Below are positions 26,236 to 37,886 of a stretch of 64,000 nucleotides of DNA, piece after piece. Every line of letters starts with the position of its first letter. Positions within the stretch are counted from its first letter, which is position 1. A program made the translations under genes and the position numbers. Location of the stretch: positions 39,184,001 through 39,248,000 of the forward strand of contig OX597821.1 of the NCBI GenBank assembly GCA_951406725.2, given 5' to 3'. This DNA comes from Octopus vulgaris. Lineage: Eukaryota. Below the pieces are notes generated by a model, which saw nothing but the letters and a program-made list of their open reading frames with translations, had not been told where the DNA came from and did no database searches.

Positions 26236-26455
26236 TTAACCGTTTTGATACCAACCTGCCTGACACAGTTCCTAGTTCTTTGACAGAAATTTTCTCTTTT
26301 AAAGTGATCTAACTTTAAATCTTCCATGAAAATTTCATGTTAATGAACACCAGCTAAATAACAACAAAGTTATTTTATTAAATTCCCCATTATCTTTGAA
26401 AACTAATTGAAACAAGGAATTTTTTTCAGCAGAAAGATGGTCACTAAAGAGTTAA
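26236..26455. mobile_element. piggyBac-type MITE (TTAA-flanked)
   Basis: TTAA-CCGTTTTGATACC ... GGTCACTAAAGAG-TTAA. Internally similar to 60858-61048, 48861-49290 and 35515-35729. Confidence 0.75.
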
Positions 26456-27080
26456 GGCAAAAGGGAGGAAGATTAATACTGACCAATGCCTGTACACCTT
26501 TACGTTTCCATTCTGTAGCTGATTTGTCAATAATATCTTCAACTACATCTGACATTGTTGGCTTGAATGTAAATCAAGAATGAATAAAATTGCAACGATG
26601 AAAGGAAGAACATTTTTGTTCCTGTGGCACAAAGACATTTTTATAGTCTGTCGTAATTCCTGGAACATCAATGTTTTTTCATGAGGCTATCAGATCAGAA
26701 ATGATTTTCTTTAGTTGAGATCACCATTTGTATGAATTATTCTTCTCCCATTCATCCTGCAAGAACTCACTCCAAATTAGGTGTAGTTACAATATATTTT
26801 TATTTGTGTGTTTTTTTACATTTTACATGAAAAAGAATTTCTACAAGGCTACTAAAGAGTACCTTGTCGATTCCAGAGGAATTCTGATGAAATAGTTAAA
26901 GCTGATATTATCAAGTAATGGTCATTTGGTTAAAAAATTCTAAAGTAATTTCTTGCTGTATAATATCAATAAACAAGAGAAGTCTGTTAAGCATTTGTAG
27001 TCATGCCAAACTAGGAAACCTTGTAGTATAACAGGTAAGTGTGGAAATACGTGACGAAAAGACCTCACCAATTGTAACAT

Positions 27081-27480
27081 TTACTCTTTTACTTGTTTCA
27101 GTCATTTGACTGTGGCCGTGCTGGAGCACTGCCTTTAGTTGAGCAAATCGACCCCAGGACTTATTCTTTGTAAGCCTAGTACTTATTCTATCGGTATCTT
27201 TTGCCGAACCGCTAAGTTACGGGGACACAAACACACCAGTATCAGTTGTCAAGCGATGTTGCGGAGACAAACACAGACACACAAACACACACACACACAC
27301 ATATATATATATACATATACATATATACAACGGACTTCTTTCAGTTTCCGTCTACCAAATCCACTCACAAGGCTTTGGTCGGCCCGAGGCTACAGTAGAA
27401 GACACTTGCCGAAGGTGCCACGCAGTGGGACTGAACCTGAAACCATGTGGTTGGTAAGCAAGCTACTTACCACTCCTGCA
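27081..27480 (-). mobile_element. SINE family B
   Basis: Near-identical to 15903-16310. Confidence 0.9.
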
Positions 27481-28177
27481 CTCAAAAATGAAATGTTCAA
27501 AAGTTCAGTTTGAACTGTTTCTATGAAATTTCATTATAAGGCAGCATTGTAGTGACAGAAAATTTAAGAAAAATAGTCTTTATTAAGTAAGAAGAATATG
27601 TTTTTGTATGCAAAAATATATTTCTTTCAGAGCATTATGTTATCTGGTAAGGATTCATTGACAATGGAAACAAACTCTGCAAATCTGTAAACAATATTGG
27701 TTTTAATAGCATCAAGTAGGTTCATATGAGAACCACTATTGCTAGTTCGAAGAGCAGTGACAAAATTATGCATTTTAACGGATTAATCACAAATGCTTGA
27801 ACTTGATGTATGTACACATTTTCTTTTATTTGTATATATTTACATGTGTGTATGTGTGTGTAAATATATACATCCATTTATATATCAGTGTGTGGGCATG
27901 TACACACACACGCACACATACATCATCATCATTATCATCGTTTAATGTTCAACTTCCATGCTGGCATGGGTTGGACAGTTTGACGGGAGCTAGCCACACT
28001 AATGAACTGTAATGATGTTAGAGGAACCATCTTCAAGATTGCAAAAGATTTCCAATTAACAATTAATATTTATTACACAAAATTTAAACCAAAATTAGGG
28101 TGGTCTGTGGTAGAAGTTCTCTCAAATCTGAAATACTGGCATATGTTGGTAAAGAGAAATAAAATTGAGTTGGCGAT

Positions 28178-28600
28178 CATCATCATCATCGTTTAACATC
28201 CACATTCCATGCTAGCATGAGTTGGACGATTTTGACTGAGGGCTGGCGAACCAGATGGTGGCACCAGGCTCCAATCTTGATCTGGCAGAGTTTCTACAGC
28301 TGGATGCTTTTCCTAACACTAACCACTCCGAGAGTGTAGTGGGTGCTTTTTATATGCCACCAGCACGGGGCCAGTCAGGCGGTACTGGCAATGACCTTGC
28401 TCAAATCTTTTTACACATGCCACTGGCACAGGTGCCAGTAAGGCGACGTTGGTAACGATCACGCTCGAATGGTGCCCTTTTACATTCCACTGGCAGAGAG
28501 CCAGTTGGCTGCTCTGGCAACGATCACGCTCAGATGGTGCTCTTGGCACCCTACTAGCATGGGCACAAGTGCCAGTAAGGCGACACTGGTAACGATCATC
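28178..28600 (-). mobile_element. SINE family C
   Basis: (CAT)n tail, family C core and minisatellite units. Confidence 0.85.
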
Positions 28601-30159
28601 ATAGATATATTTAGGCAGAAAAAATTGGACTACGCACCTATTTTTAGCTGAGAATCACCGAAATTGTGTCCCATGTTTGTTCTTTGGCCATTATTTAACA
28701 GTTACATCAATGGAGATCAATATAACAGAGATCAATAAAATAATTACCAAACTGAAATAAATGCTGGGTTGGGATGAATGACAAAATATTTGAAGTTGGG
28801 TTCTTGACATGGCTGCTGTCCAGGGAAAGAAACTGGTAAATAAATAAAAATGTATAACTACATGAGTGTGCTATACACCCATGTGTGTGTGTGTGTGTGC
28901 AATCTCACATATATCAAAATAATATTTCTTCTGTTATAGTTCTAATTTTATGTTTGAATATTGTTTACAAGAAACTGTTTATGTCAACTGTAAAAGATAA
29001 ATGGTTCTTATGCTTAAGGATATTATTAAAAATCACACTGCACACGTATAATAATAAGAATATCAGTAATAGAAAGATTAACAAGATAAAAATGTAAATA
29101 TATACTGAAAATCCTTTGAAGAATTAACTGAGTAGAAAAATTTAAGTTAAGTTGAAATGTAGAATATTCAAGAATATTCAGAAAGAAAATAATTCAACAA
29201 GAAGAATTGAATCAGAAATAGTAACTTAATAAAATAAAAAGAAAAGTTATCAGCGACAACAAAAAAATGTAAGGGAAAAAAATTAAGCAAATCTTGTACA
29301 TATTCTCCCATTCACTTGTTTTTTTATATTAAAATAATTTTATTCCTTTCTCATTTGTGTTTATTATAAATAGAAATGAAAAAAAGAATTAATAATTTCA
29401 ATATAGAAACTGGTTCTATATATATATGTGTGTGTGTGTGTGTAAGTATATATAGTGAAAGAGAGAGAGGGAGACACACATACACACACAGAGTTGACTC
29501 TGCTCTCAATGTAGAATCATACCATCAGTAAATGCTCAGTTATAAAAGTGATTCCAAATAATAGCATTATTTTAACACATGCTCATATAAAGGCACATAC
29601 ACATATAGATGTATGTATTGGAGCAGTTGATTATGAACTCCATTGCTATTCAGAGTAGTTCTACATCTGTGATTGTTCAGGCAATGTTGTGTGAATGAAA
29701 CAGTGTATTCACTGAACAAAGACTAGGGTTAATGCTTATTTGTCATGGAAGGTTTGCTAGCTGAGCATATAACATTAATATGTATATAGTGGGGGGTGTA
29801 TTTGAACATATATATAAACAGAAAATACAGACATATGCACACATGCACAAACACACATTATATGCACACACAACAGCTTCCCACACACATGTATGCAACC
29901 ATAGACATGCATTATAGACAGAATATACATTTGCTTCATACCTCCACATGTGCTTGATCACCGGTCACCATTTTCTCCCTTCCTACCCATGCCTCAACTC
30001 AATTCCAAAGTTGTTTCTCTTCCCAGTCATGCCTTTTCTCTCTTCTTCCTCATCTGGTCATTTCAACATGTAGTGTCTTTCTATCTGAGACACATTTGTT
30101 CTTTTCTCTCTCCATTTTTTTCTCCTCATCTATACCTTCTATAGAAGAGTATATACTTG

Positions 30160-31320
30160 AAATTTAAAAGCCTTTTTAAAATTTTTTCCTAACATACCCT
30201 GTCTGTTTGTATGTTACTCAACAAGATGTGTAGCTGGGAGATGAGAGAGCCTCTCCAAATTGAACCACTACTTCTTATGATCGAGAGATTACAGCTCCAG
30301 TTCTTATGATGTAATTAGAATGCCAAAAATAAGAATTGCAAAATGTATTCTTCAAGCCAAACCAGCTGGTAGGAATCCTAAGACTTGACCAAGAATAAGA
30401 TTTCAAGATAATATCTAGCTGATTCTTCTTGATATTTGCAATAATGCTATACATGTCAATTAAGGGAAAATATGTGGAATATTCAGACACATAAGAAGGG
30501 GGTACCCAAAATATACCAGAATTTTGCAATATTATTCTATTCCCTTAATTTACACTTTTATTCCCTTCAAAGAATTCTCCATTCAAAGCAATGCATTGGT
30601 CAAGGTGTGTTTTCCACAATTCAAACCAATACTGGAACTCTTGCAAAGTGACACCTTTTAATGCCTCCATCGTTATTTTTTTTCTTTATCTCTTTCCCAA
30701 ACAAACCAATTAATTATTGTTATAATATAGATCAAAGTACAGGTGAGGATATAAACCTCGGAGGGATAAAAATATCCATGATTAAACTGGTTGAATACTT
30801 AGCAATATAGGCACATACATATATTATTATCAATGTTATTAAAAGCCAAGAGAGAATATGGAGATAAGAAATTAATGAAAGTTTATTAATACACTGACAA
30901 AACCAGACCTACAAGGGGATAAAAGTGTAAATTAAGGGAATAGAATAATATTGCAAAATTCTGGTATATTTTGGGTACCCCCTTCTTATGTGTCTGAATA
31001 TTCCACATATTTTCCCTTAATTGACATGTATAGCATTATTGCAAATATCAAGAAGAATCAGCTAGATATTATCTTGAAATCTTATTCTTGGTCAAGTCTT
31101 AGGATTCCTACCAGCTGGTTTGGCTTGAAGAATACATTTTGCAATTCTTATTTTTGGCATTCTAATTACATCATAAGAACTGGAGCTGTAATCTCTCGAT
31201 CATAAGAAGTAGTGGTTCAATTTGGAGAGGCTCTCTCGTCTCCCAGCTACACATCTTGTTGAGTAACATACAAACAGACAGGGTATGTTAGGAAAAAATT
31301 TTAAAAAGGCTTTTAAATTT
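30160..31320. repeat. 408-bp near-perfect inverted duplication (30160-30567 vs 30913-31320), 345-bp spacer
   Basis: The arms are reverse complements, and I noticed only about 2 mismatches. The identical 84-aa ORFs at 30275-30529 (-) and 30951-31205 (+) confirm it. Confidence 0.97.
30492..30690 (-). pseudogene. mariner transposase 3' end plus TIR
   Basis: Minus strand TMEALKGVTLQEFQYWFELWKTHLDQCIALNGEFFEGNKSVN* is a mariner C-terminal F..W..(R)...CI...G.(Y/F)FEG. TIR-like TA-agaagggggtacccaaaa at 30492. Confidence 0.8.
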
Positions 31321-31373
31321 GGATAAATGGTAAAAAATAAATCATTATATTATTTGGATTATACTGGTAGAAG

Positions 31374-31538
31374 ATGGAGTATATTGAAGTTGATGTATCA
31401 CTCAAGGATGTATCTTTAGCATCTAAAAAGGAATTTATTAAAGACTTGATTTGTAAAACTAATAAATTCATCCAAAGGCTCAGAGGGAGTCGCTACCATT
31501 ATGTAACTTTAATGGTACATTGTATTCTTCCTTTTTAA
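31374..31538 (+). pseudogene. N-terminus of a Naiad-type Penelope-like element ORF
   Basis: ATG-initiated 54-aa ORF MEYIEVDVSLKDVSLASKKEFIKDLICKTNKFIQRLRGSRYHYV..., resembling the Naiad start S.KNIP.PS...Y...LI.K...FI.R.RW. Lies between inverted arms 30810-30914 and 31620-31720. Below the 60-aa cutoff of the ORF track. Confidence 0.65.
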
Positions 31539-31777
31539 TGTTTTCATTAAATATGTTAAATTTCTTTTTACGTCCTTCCCTCAAACTAAATCAATTTAGT
31601 TAAATTAAACGAAATTTGGTTGTAGGTCTGGTCTTGTCACTGTATTAACAAACTTTTATTAACCTTGTCTCCATCTTCTTTCTTGGTTTTAAATAATATT
31701 ACTAATATATGTGTATGCGTGTGTGTTTATGTGTGCATATATATATGTATGTGCATATATATGTGATTTGTGTGTGC

Positions 31778-31834
<57 letters not shown>

Positions 31835-31870
31835 AACAAGTCAATAAAAGTAGATGAAGAAAAATTTAAA

Positions 31871-32117
31871 AAGATGCTTGGTTTGTTTTATTTGTATTAC
31901 AATTGGAAATGTATTACAAATTAAAAGATGAAAAAATATACCAATAAGAGTATAAAAGGAACGACCTCAACCAACAAAATAACCCCAAAATATCCAAATC
32001 TAGGGTAATCTTGTTGGTTGAGCTGGTTCCTTTTATACTCTTATTGGTATATTTTTTCATCATTTAATTTGTATTACTTTTCCAATTGTAATACAAATAA
32101 AACAAACCGAAAATCTT
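31871..32117. repeat. Fold-back hairpin, ~115-bp arms (31871-31985 / 32003-32117)
   Basis: For example gatgaaaaaatataccaataagagtataaaaggaac pairs with gttccttttatactcttattggtatattttttcatc. Adjacent to (TA)n. Confidence 0.95.
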
Positions 32118-32282
32118 GCAATCATAGCTACCCAGGGTTTCCTGGTCAAGATAATAATTTATAAGAGACGCTTGTAAAGAAGAAGGCAATAATTTGATGT
32201 AAGCAGACATAAAGCAGATGTTAATGGTTTTCTACGTGTCCTATGGTCTAGATGTCTTCTAGGACAGGAGTGAGATATATTT

Positions 32283-32681
32283 TCCATTGTTTATTGAGCA
32301 CAGGTTTCAGTAAACAATGGCAATGGTTATACAAATATCAAACGTTATTATCAGGAGCGATGGAAAGAAAATTCAAATCTAGATGTAACAACCAATTTTA
32401 TGTACCATGATAATAGGCATTCAACAACCCTTTTGACTTTAATATGGAAATTTAAAGACGAAAGGCCCAATTACACTATCAAATGGAAAATCCTCTCTAA
32501 ATCCAGACCTTACATGTCTAAGAAATGTTCTGTGTGTCTGCTTGAAAAACTGTATTTATTAAAACACTTGAGAACCTCCGATGAATACATAAATTTGAGG
32601 AATGAGAGTTTTTCTTTATGTCCATATTTCAAAAAATACATCTTTACAAAATTTAAAAGTGGACTAGTGGACACTTGGTAA
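32283..32681 (+). pseudogene. GIY-YIG endonuclease domain of a Naiad-type Penelope-like element
   Basis: SIVY*AQVSVNNGNGYTNIKRYY (GIY), frameshift, (S)GAMERKFKSRCNN (YIG..FK.R..NH), then STTLLTLIWKFKDERPNYTIKWKILSKSRPYMSKKCSVCLLEKLYLL...NLRNESFSLCPY with the Naiad-type CxxC..EK..I..LN.R.E...C tail. Bracketed by inverted arms 32095-32241 and 32669-32871. Confidence 0.85.
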
Positions 32682-33011
32682 AGCATTAACATCTGCTTTA
32701 CCTCTACTTCCCATCGAATGTGATTTTCCATTTTGTCTTCTTTACAAGCATCTCTTGTTTAAACATTATCTGCTCAAAAGACACCTGGCAAACAGTTTTA
32801 CTTTCAGCCTGATAAGTGACAGAATAAATTATCATGGATAGCTATAGTAGCAAGATTTAGGTTTTTTATTTAAGATTATCTTTACTCTCTTAACCAATTG
32901 AGTGCTTTTCTGCTTGTTGAATCATTACCACATAATGTGTGTGTGTGTGTGTGTGTGTTAAACTCTTCTGAGAGATTCATCATGAAAGATATATTTACAG
33001 AAAATTTATAC

Positions 33012-33042
<31 letters not shown>

Positions 33043-33099
33043 GTAACTTAGTTGAAAAAATCTGGAGTTGGAGTGGGAGATGGCAACTTCCTCATTCTT

Positions 33100-33940
33100 A
33101 AGTGTAGCCATTGTCTGAAGCACTTCAGAATCGGTTTTGTTTGAGCAGCACAATTGTGACTTTCCAGGCTAGCAAGTGACCCACATACATGTTAGGGTTA
33201 CATACATGACTGCCCCCAACACCAGGAACCACCTGTTGGTCATCATGCACTTTCATGTGGACGTTTCTATTCCCCACCTGACAGACAAACATTACTACAT
33301 TCATGACATGTTGCTATGCTGTGCATGGTGCAATCCGAGTCAATTCTTTGTACATGGCCTCTTCTATGTCTCTTCAGTTCTGCTATGTTGAAGCAGATTC
33401 TCCCACATTCACCACTTCTCAGCTCATTCTTATTACCCACATTTCATGGTAATATCACATCCCCACCCTTTCTAGAATCTCTGTTCAACTTCTCTCGATT
33501 TCTTTGATCAGTTTCAAAGTTCTTGCTTTTGTCATATACTTCTTTCCTCCATTTTGCGCAGTCAGTTGCAATTACTTCGTATTCCTTTTCCAAGATGTTA
33601 GCTTTTTTCAGAGACGTTTTTAAGAAGTCTTTCAACCTCAGCTTATGTTTATGAGGTGCAGGTTTTCCATTCCTCAGCTCATCATACGGGAGTTGCTTCA
33701 TAGCCCTGAAATCCTACATTTTCACTAAATGACTCACCCAAGAAGAACTGTGAAAAATGATAGACTCGGTACTTCAAATGTAACTCCTTTGAAGGACTTC
33801 TACATCACTCATGCATTTTTCAACACAGGCCCAAGATCCAATGTAGACACTGCTGGTAGAAGTGCTCCAGACATTTAAGATGCTTTGGGTAGGTTATCCA
33901 AGTAACATGAACAAACAGCTGGGAGGATACCACACATGAT
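33100..33940 (-). mobile_element. RTE-clade LINE 3' fragment
   Basis: SWVSHLVKM*DFRAMKQLPYDELRNGKPAPHKHKLRLKDFLKTSLKK...IATDCAKWR matches RTE (W.GH..RM...R.PKQLLYGEL..G.R....P..RFKD..K..LK; A.DR..WR), followed by Cys/His-rich remnants. Confidence 0.85.
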
Positions 33941-33950
33941 AATATATATA

Positions 33951-34410
33951 TCATCATCATCATCATCATTTAACGTCCATTTTCCATGCTAGCATGGGTT
34001 GGACGGTTCAACCAGGGTCTGGGAAGCCAGGAGGCTGCACCAGGCCCAGTTTGATCTGGCAGTGTTTCTACAGCTTGATGCCCTTCCTAACACAAACCAA
34101 TCCGTAAGTGTAGTGGGTGCTTTGTACGTGCCAGGGGAGGCTGGCAATGGCCATGATCAGTTGGTGCTTTTTATGTGCCACCAGCACGGAAGCCAGTCAA
34201 GGCAGTGCTGGCATCGGCCACGTTCAAATGGTGCTTTTTACGTGCGACTGGCACAGGTATCACAATTACAATTTCCATTTGATTTTTTTATGTTGATGTA
34301 CTTCACTCAATAGGTCTCCTCAAGCACAGCAGGTTGCCCTACAATCCAAGGTAAGCACAGCAGGGTGTCCTGTGATCCAAGGCACTTTGGATGGCCTGGG
34401 GCTTCTATGT
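33951..34410 (-). mobile_element. SINE family C
   Basis: (CAT)n tail plus family C core. Confidence 0.85.
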
Positions 34411-34414
34411 GAAG

Positions 34415-34457
<43 letters not shown>

Positions 34458-34525
34458 TTAAAAAAATATATTTATGTAGCACATACAAACATACATGCAC
34501 ATACATATGTATATATGTATATGCA

Positions 34526-34527
<2 letters not shown>

Positions 34528-34595
<68 letters not shown>
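34528..34595. repeat. (TATC)n microsatellite
   Basis: Directly visible. Confidence 0.95.
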
Positions 34596-34596
<1 letters not shown>

Positions 34597-35514
34597 ATAT
34601 GTATGCACATGTACACATATATATGAAAGAAAGAGACAGTTAGTAAGGTTATCTTTTTACTGCCATTTAAAGAATTTCGTTTGAATTTCTATTTTTGATG
34701 TTGTCTAAGATATTTAATTTCATTCTTCTCTGTTATTAGATCTGAAATTGAGATGTTTCTCCTCTATTTAGTATATTTCATGTTATTTTCCACGTTGTTA
34801 GTTGAACCAATCAGTGTCCTATTGTTTCATTGATCTGCTTTTCTTTTTTAATATCACGCTTAAACAAATACAGCAAATTATTTTTAGCTTCTTATTTTCC
34901 AAATATGAAATATGTATATATTTCAGAACACTTTTACCTTTGGGATATTTCTCTATTTTCGTTGTCCACTTTTTATATTTTACATTATTTCTTGTTTCTT
35001 ATTATAGAAGGTTAATGATGATGTTATTATTATTGTTATTATTATTGTTATCATCATTATTATTATTAATATACAGTCTTCTTTTTAAATATTCTCTTAG
35101 ATAAAGGATATCAGCTGTCCAGTTTTAATTTTTTGTTATAACATTTCCAATCATATTTACTGATTTCCACCACTATATTCTGCTTCAACACAGTTAACAT
35201 TACATCTCAAAAACAGAATTATTTTCATTCAATTTATTTTAAAAATTACCAAGAATTCTTTTAGCCAGATGCTTTTTATAAATTTCAAAATTCTCATTTC
35301 CTAATTTTATCAATTTGTCAAATAAATGGATTGATCTGCTATTTGATTTTAAAAAAAAGAAAAGAAAAGAGAGAATTGAAGTATATTTAGTATATATATA
35401 TATCATTACACCTCCAAGAAAAAAGTCTACAATGTCAAATAAAGACCTCCAATCTCAGACAGATCAGCTACCATGAAATAAAATTCTTAAATATAAGAAG
35501 TCATTTGGTTTGTA

Positions 35515-35729
35515 TCAACCCTTTTCATAGCTGCTTGCCTGATAATGCCCTCGGTTCTATGGTACACACTTCCCCTCATAAAGTAAGTTAAATTAAACCT
35601 TCCATTAAAATTTCAGGTTGATTTATATTCCAAACGCAACCCTAATAATTACAAAATTATTCATTATTTTCAAAATTACTGGAACAAACGCAATGTATTT
35701 CAACAGAAATGTGGTAACGGAATGGTTAA
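35515..35729. mobile_element. piggyBac-type MITE, degenerate
   Basis: tcaa-cccttttcatag ... ggtaacggaatgg-ttaa. Internal similarity to 26236-26455. Confidence 0.6.
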
Positions 35730-35851
35730 TGGTGTAGAAGAGGAAATATCTCAAATGATTGGCTCTGAATGTAGTTAATATATATATATATATATAGCAA
35801 TATCGTTCTTTCTGACTACATGTCCATATGCATATATATATATATATATAT

Positions 35852-36155
35852 GGAGGCACAATGGCCCAGTGGTTCGGGCAATGGATTTGAGGTTGGAGAA
35901 TTGCAGTTTCGATTCTCAGACTGGGCGTTGTGTGTGTTTATTGAGCGAAAACACCTAAAAGCTCCACGAGGCTCTGGCAGAATATGGTGGCGACCCCTGT
36001 TGTACTCTTTTGCCACAACTTTCTCTCACTCTCTCTTCCTGTTTCTTGACTAACGCTGCGATGGACTGGCATCCCGTCCAGCTGGGGAGAACACATACGC
36101 TACAGAAACCGGGAAACCAGGCCCATGAGCCAGGCTAGGCTTGAAAAGGACAAAG
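35852..36155 (+). mobile_element. tRNA-derived SINE with V-domain-like core, inserted in (TA)n
   Basis: Head GGAGGCACAATGGCCCAGTGG (A box) ... GTTTCGATTCTC (B box). Core GCGATGGACTGGCATCCCGTCCAG and GCTACAGAAACCGGGA. (TA)n on both sides. Confidence 0.75.
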
Positions 36156-37590
36156 TATATATATATATATATATATATATACTTGCTGAATAGTCCATCA
36201 TCATTACCAGGCAATTTTTACAATAGAATGTCATATCTAAATTCCTATTTATCTCATGTCAGAGCAGGCCTTCCCTGACAATTTTTCACCAAAGACTCTG
36301 TTGAGGAATTTTTCCTTTTTAAATTATTTACATGTCTTTTAGACCATTTCACATAACTTTATTCCTTAAAACTTCAGAAGTTCTTACAACTTTGTTCATC
36401 GTACTACTTCTGTTTGTTTAAAAAAATTCCTTTTCCTAATGATTTTGCTTTCATTTCGTGATAGACAGCTATCATGCAGAAAATGTCAGCTTCTAAATCC
36501 TGTTTTCTGATGAGGTAAAATTGATTAAACTTTAAACTTCAGTAACATTTTTCCTGTAACTTTTCTGGAACAAATAAATAACAATATTACATTTAACATG
36601 GAAAATTATTTCTATATACCAAATTTGGAAATTTTGACATAATTTTAAAATCTCACAGTATGTGATAGCAACAGGGAAGACCCTATAAAAGTAGATAGAC
36701 AGACAGTTATAAGATGTGACATGCATACACACACATATTCAGGTGATCATGAGTTTAAAATGGTGTATAGTAGACACATCTATGTATGTATGTATGTATG
36801 TACATGTGTGTGTGTGTGTGTCTGTGTTTTTTTTTTTTGTGATGAACAGCAAAAAATCCACCTGCCCTCTCTCTCCTTAAAGCTACGAATTCCTCACCCC
36901 ATCCCACTGCCACTGCTGTTCTTGCTTTCACTGATATAAGTTACCCTTTCTCTGTTACTACCTTTCCCTCAGCCTAATACTTTTTGGACCCTTCTCATTT
37001 TATCATATAATTTGCCCAATGCCCCTGGAAGGTACATTGTAAATTTTTATTGAAATCCAATAAGCCTATTATTGAACTGGATATTAGAGTAACATGTATG
37101 CAAAGTTTCATGAATATTGGTTTGCTGGTTTAGGCACTAAGATGGTAACAGACAGAAATTGCAATTTATCTATATGTATATATATATATACACACACATA
37201 GATATTTATATACATGTGCATACATACACATATCTATATGCACATACATAAGCAGATTCGTCTGTCTGTCAGCCTACTTATCAATTTGCTGGTGTGTGTG
37301 TGTGTATACATATACACAACCATGCACAGACAGACTACATAAAAATCATATGTACTGGTGCCACCTAAAAAATACCCAATACACACTGTAAAGTGGTTGG
37401 CATTAGGAAGGTGATCCAGTCATAAAAACCTTACCAAAACAGTCAATTTGAGCCTGGTGCAGTTTCTGTCAGACAGTCCAACTCATGCCAGCATGCAAAA
37501 GGATTTCTTTTCAATGATGATGATGATGATGATATATGGCTTTGAACATATTATATATTACACAGACTTGAAATATATATATATATATAT

Positions 37591-37760
37591 ATATTTGAAT
37601 AAAAGAAGGGTAAAAAATACTGCTTGCCAAAGATGAAAGCAATAGCTTCAGAAACCATCAATCCTATGGTACACGCATTTATCTTAGGATTGGTGGTTCC
37701 TGAAGCTTTCCCTTTCTTCTTTGGCAAGCAGTATTTTTTACTCTTCTTTTATTAAAATAT
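37591..37760. repeat. (TA)n-anchored fold-back hairpin, ~75-bp arms
   Basis: 37591-37666 pairs with 37685-37760 (aataaaagaagggtaaaaaatactgcttgccaaaga / tctttggcaagcagtattttttactcttcttttatt). Confidence 0.92.
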
Positions 37761-37847
37761 TTAATATTATACCTATTAAGGTAGAAGTCTTGCTAACCAC
37801 CTCATTATTACTGTTTTTAACAGTAATAATGATTTCATATAGTTGCT

Positions 37848-37886
<39 letters not shown>

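Noticed and set aside
30275-31205. Two identical 84-aa ORFs on opposite strands, suggesting a duplicated gene
   Set aside because: By-product of the 408-bp inverted duplication. The ORF starts at TTG inside a mariner terminus and has no recognisable domain.
32295-32297. In-frame TGA in the GIY motif as possible selenocysteine (some Naiads are selenoproteins)
   Set aside because: The position is normally K/Q/R rather than Cys, so CGA>TGA decay is simpler. The domain is also frameshifted and I see no SECIS.
34670-35340. T-rich tract as a further PLE RT remnant
   Set aside because: Minus-strand translations are full of stops and give no convincing RT motif.
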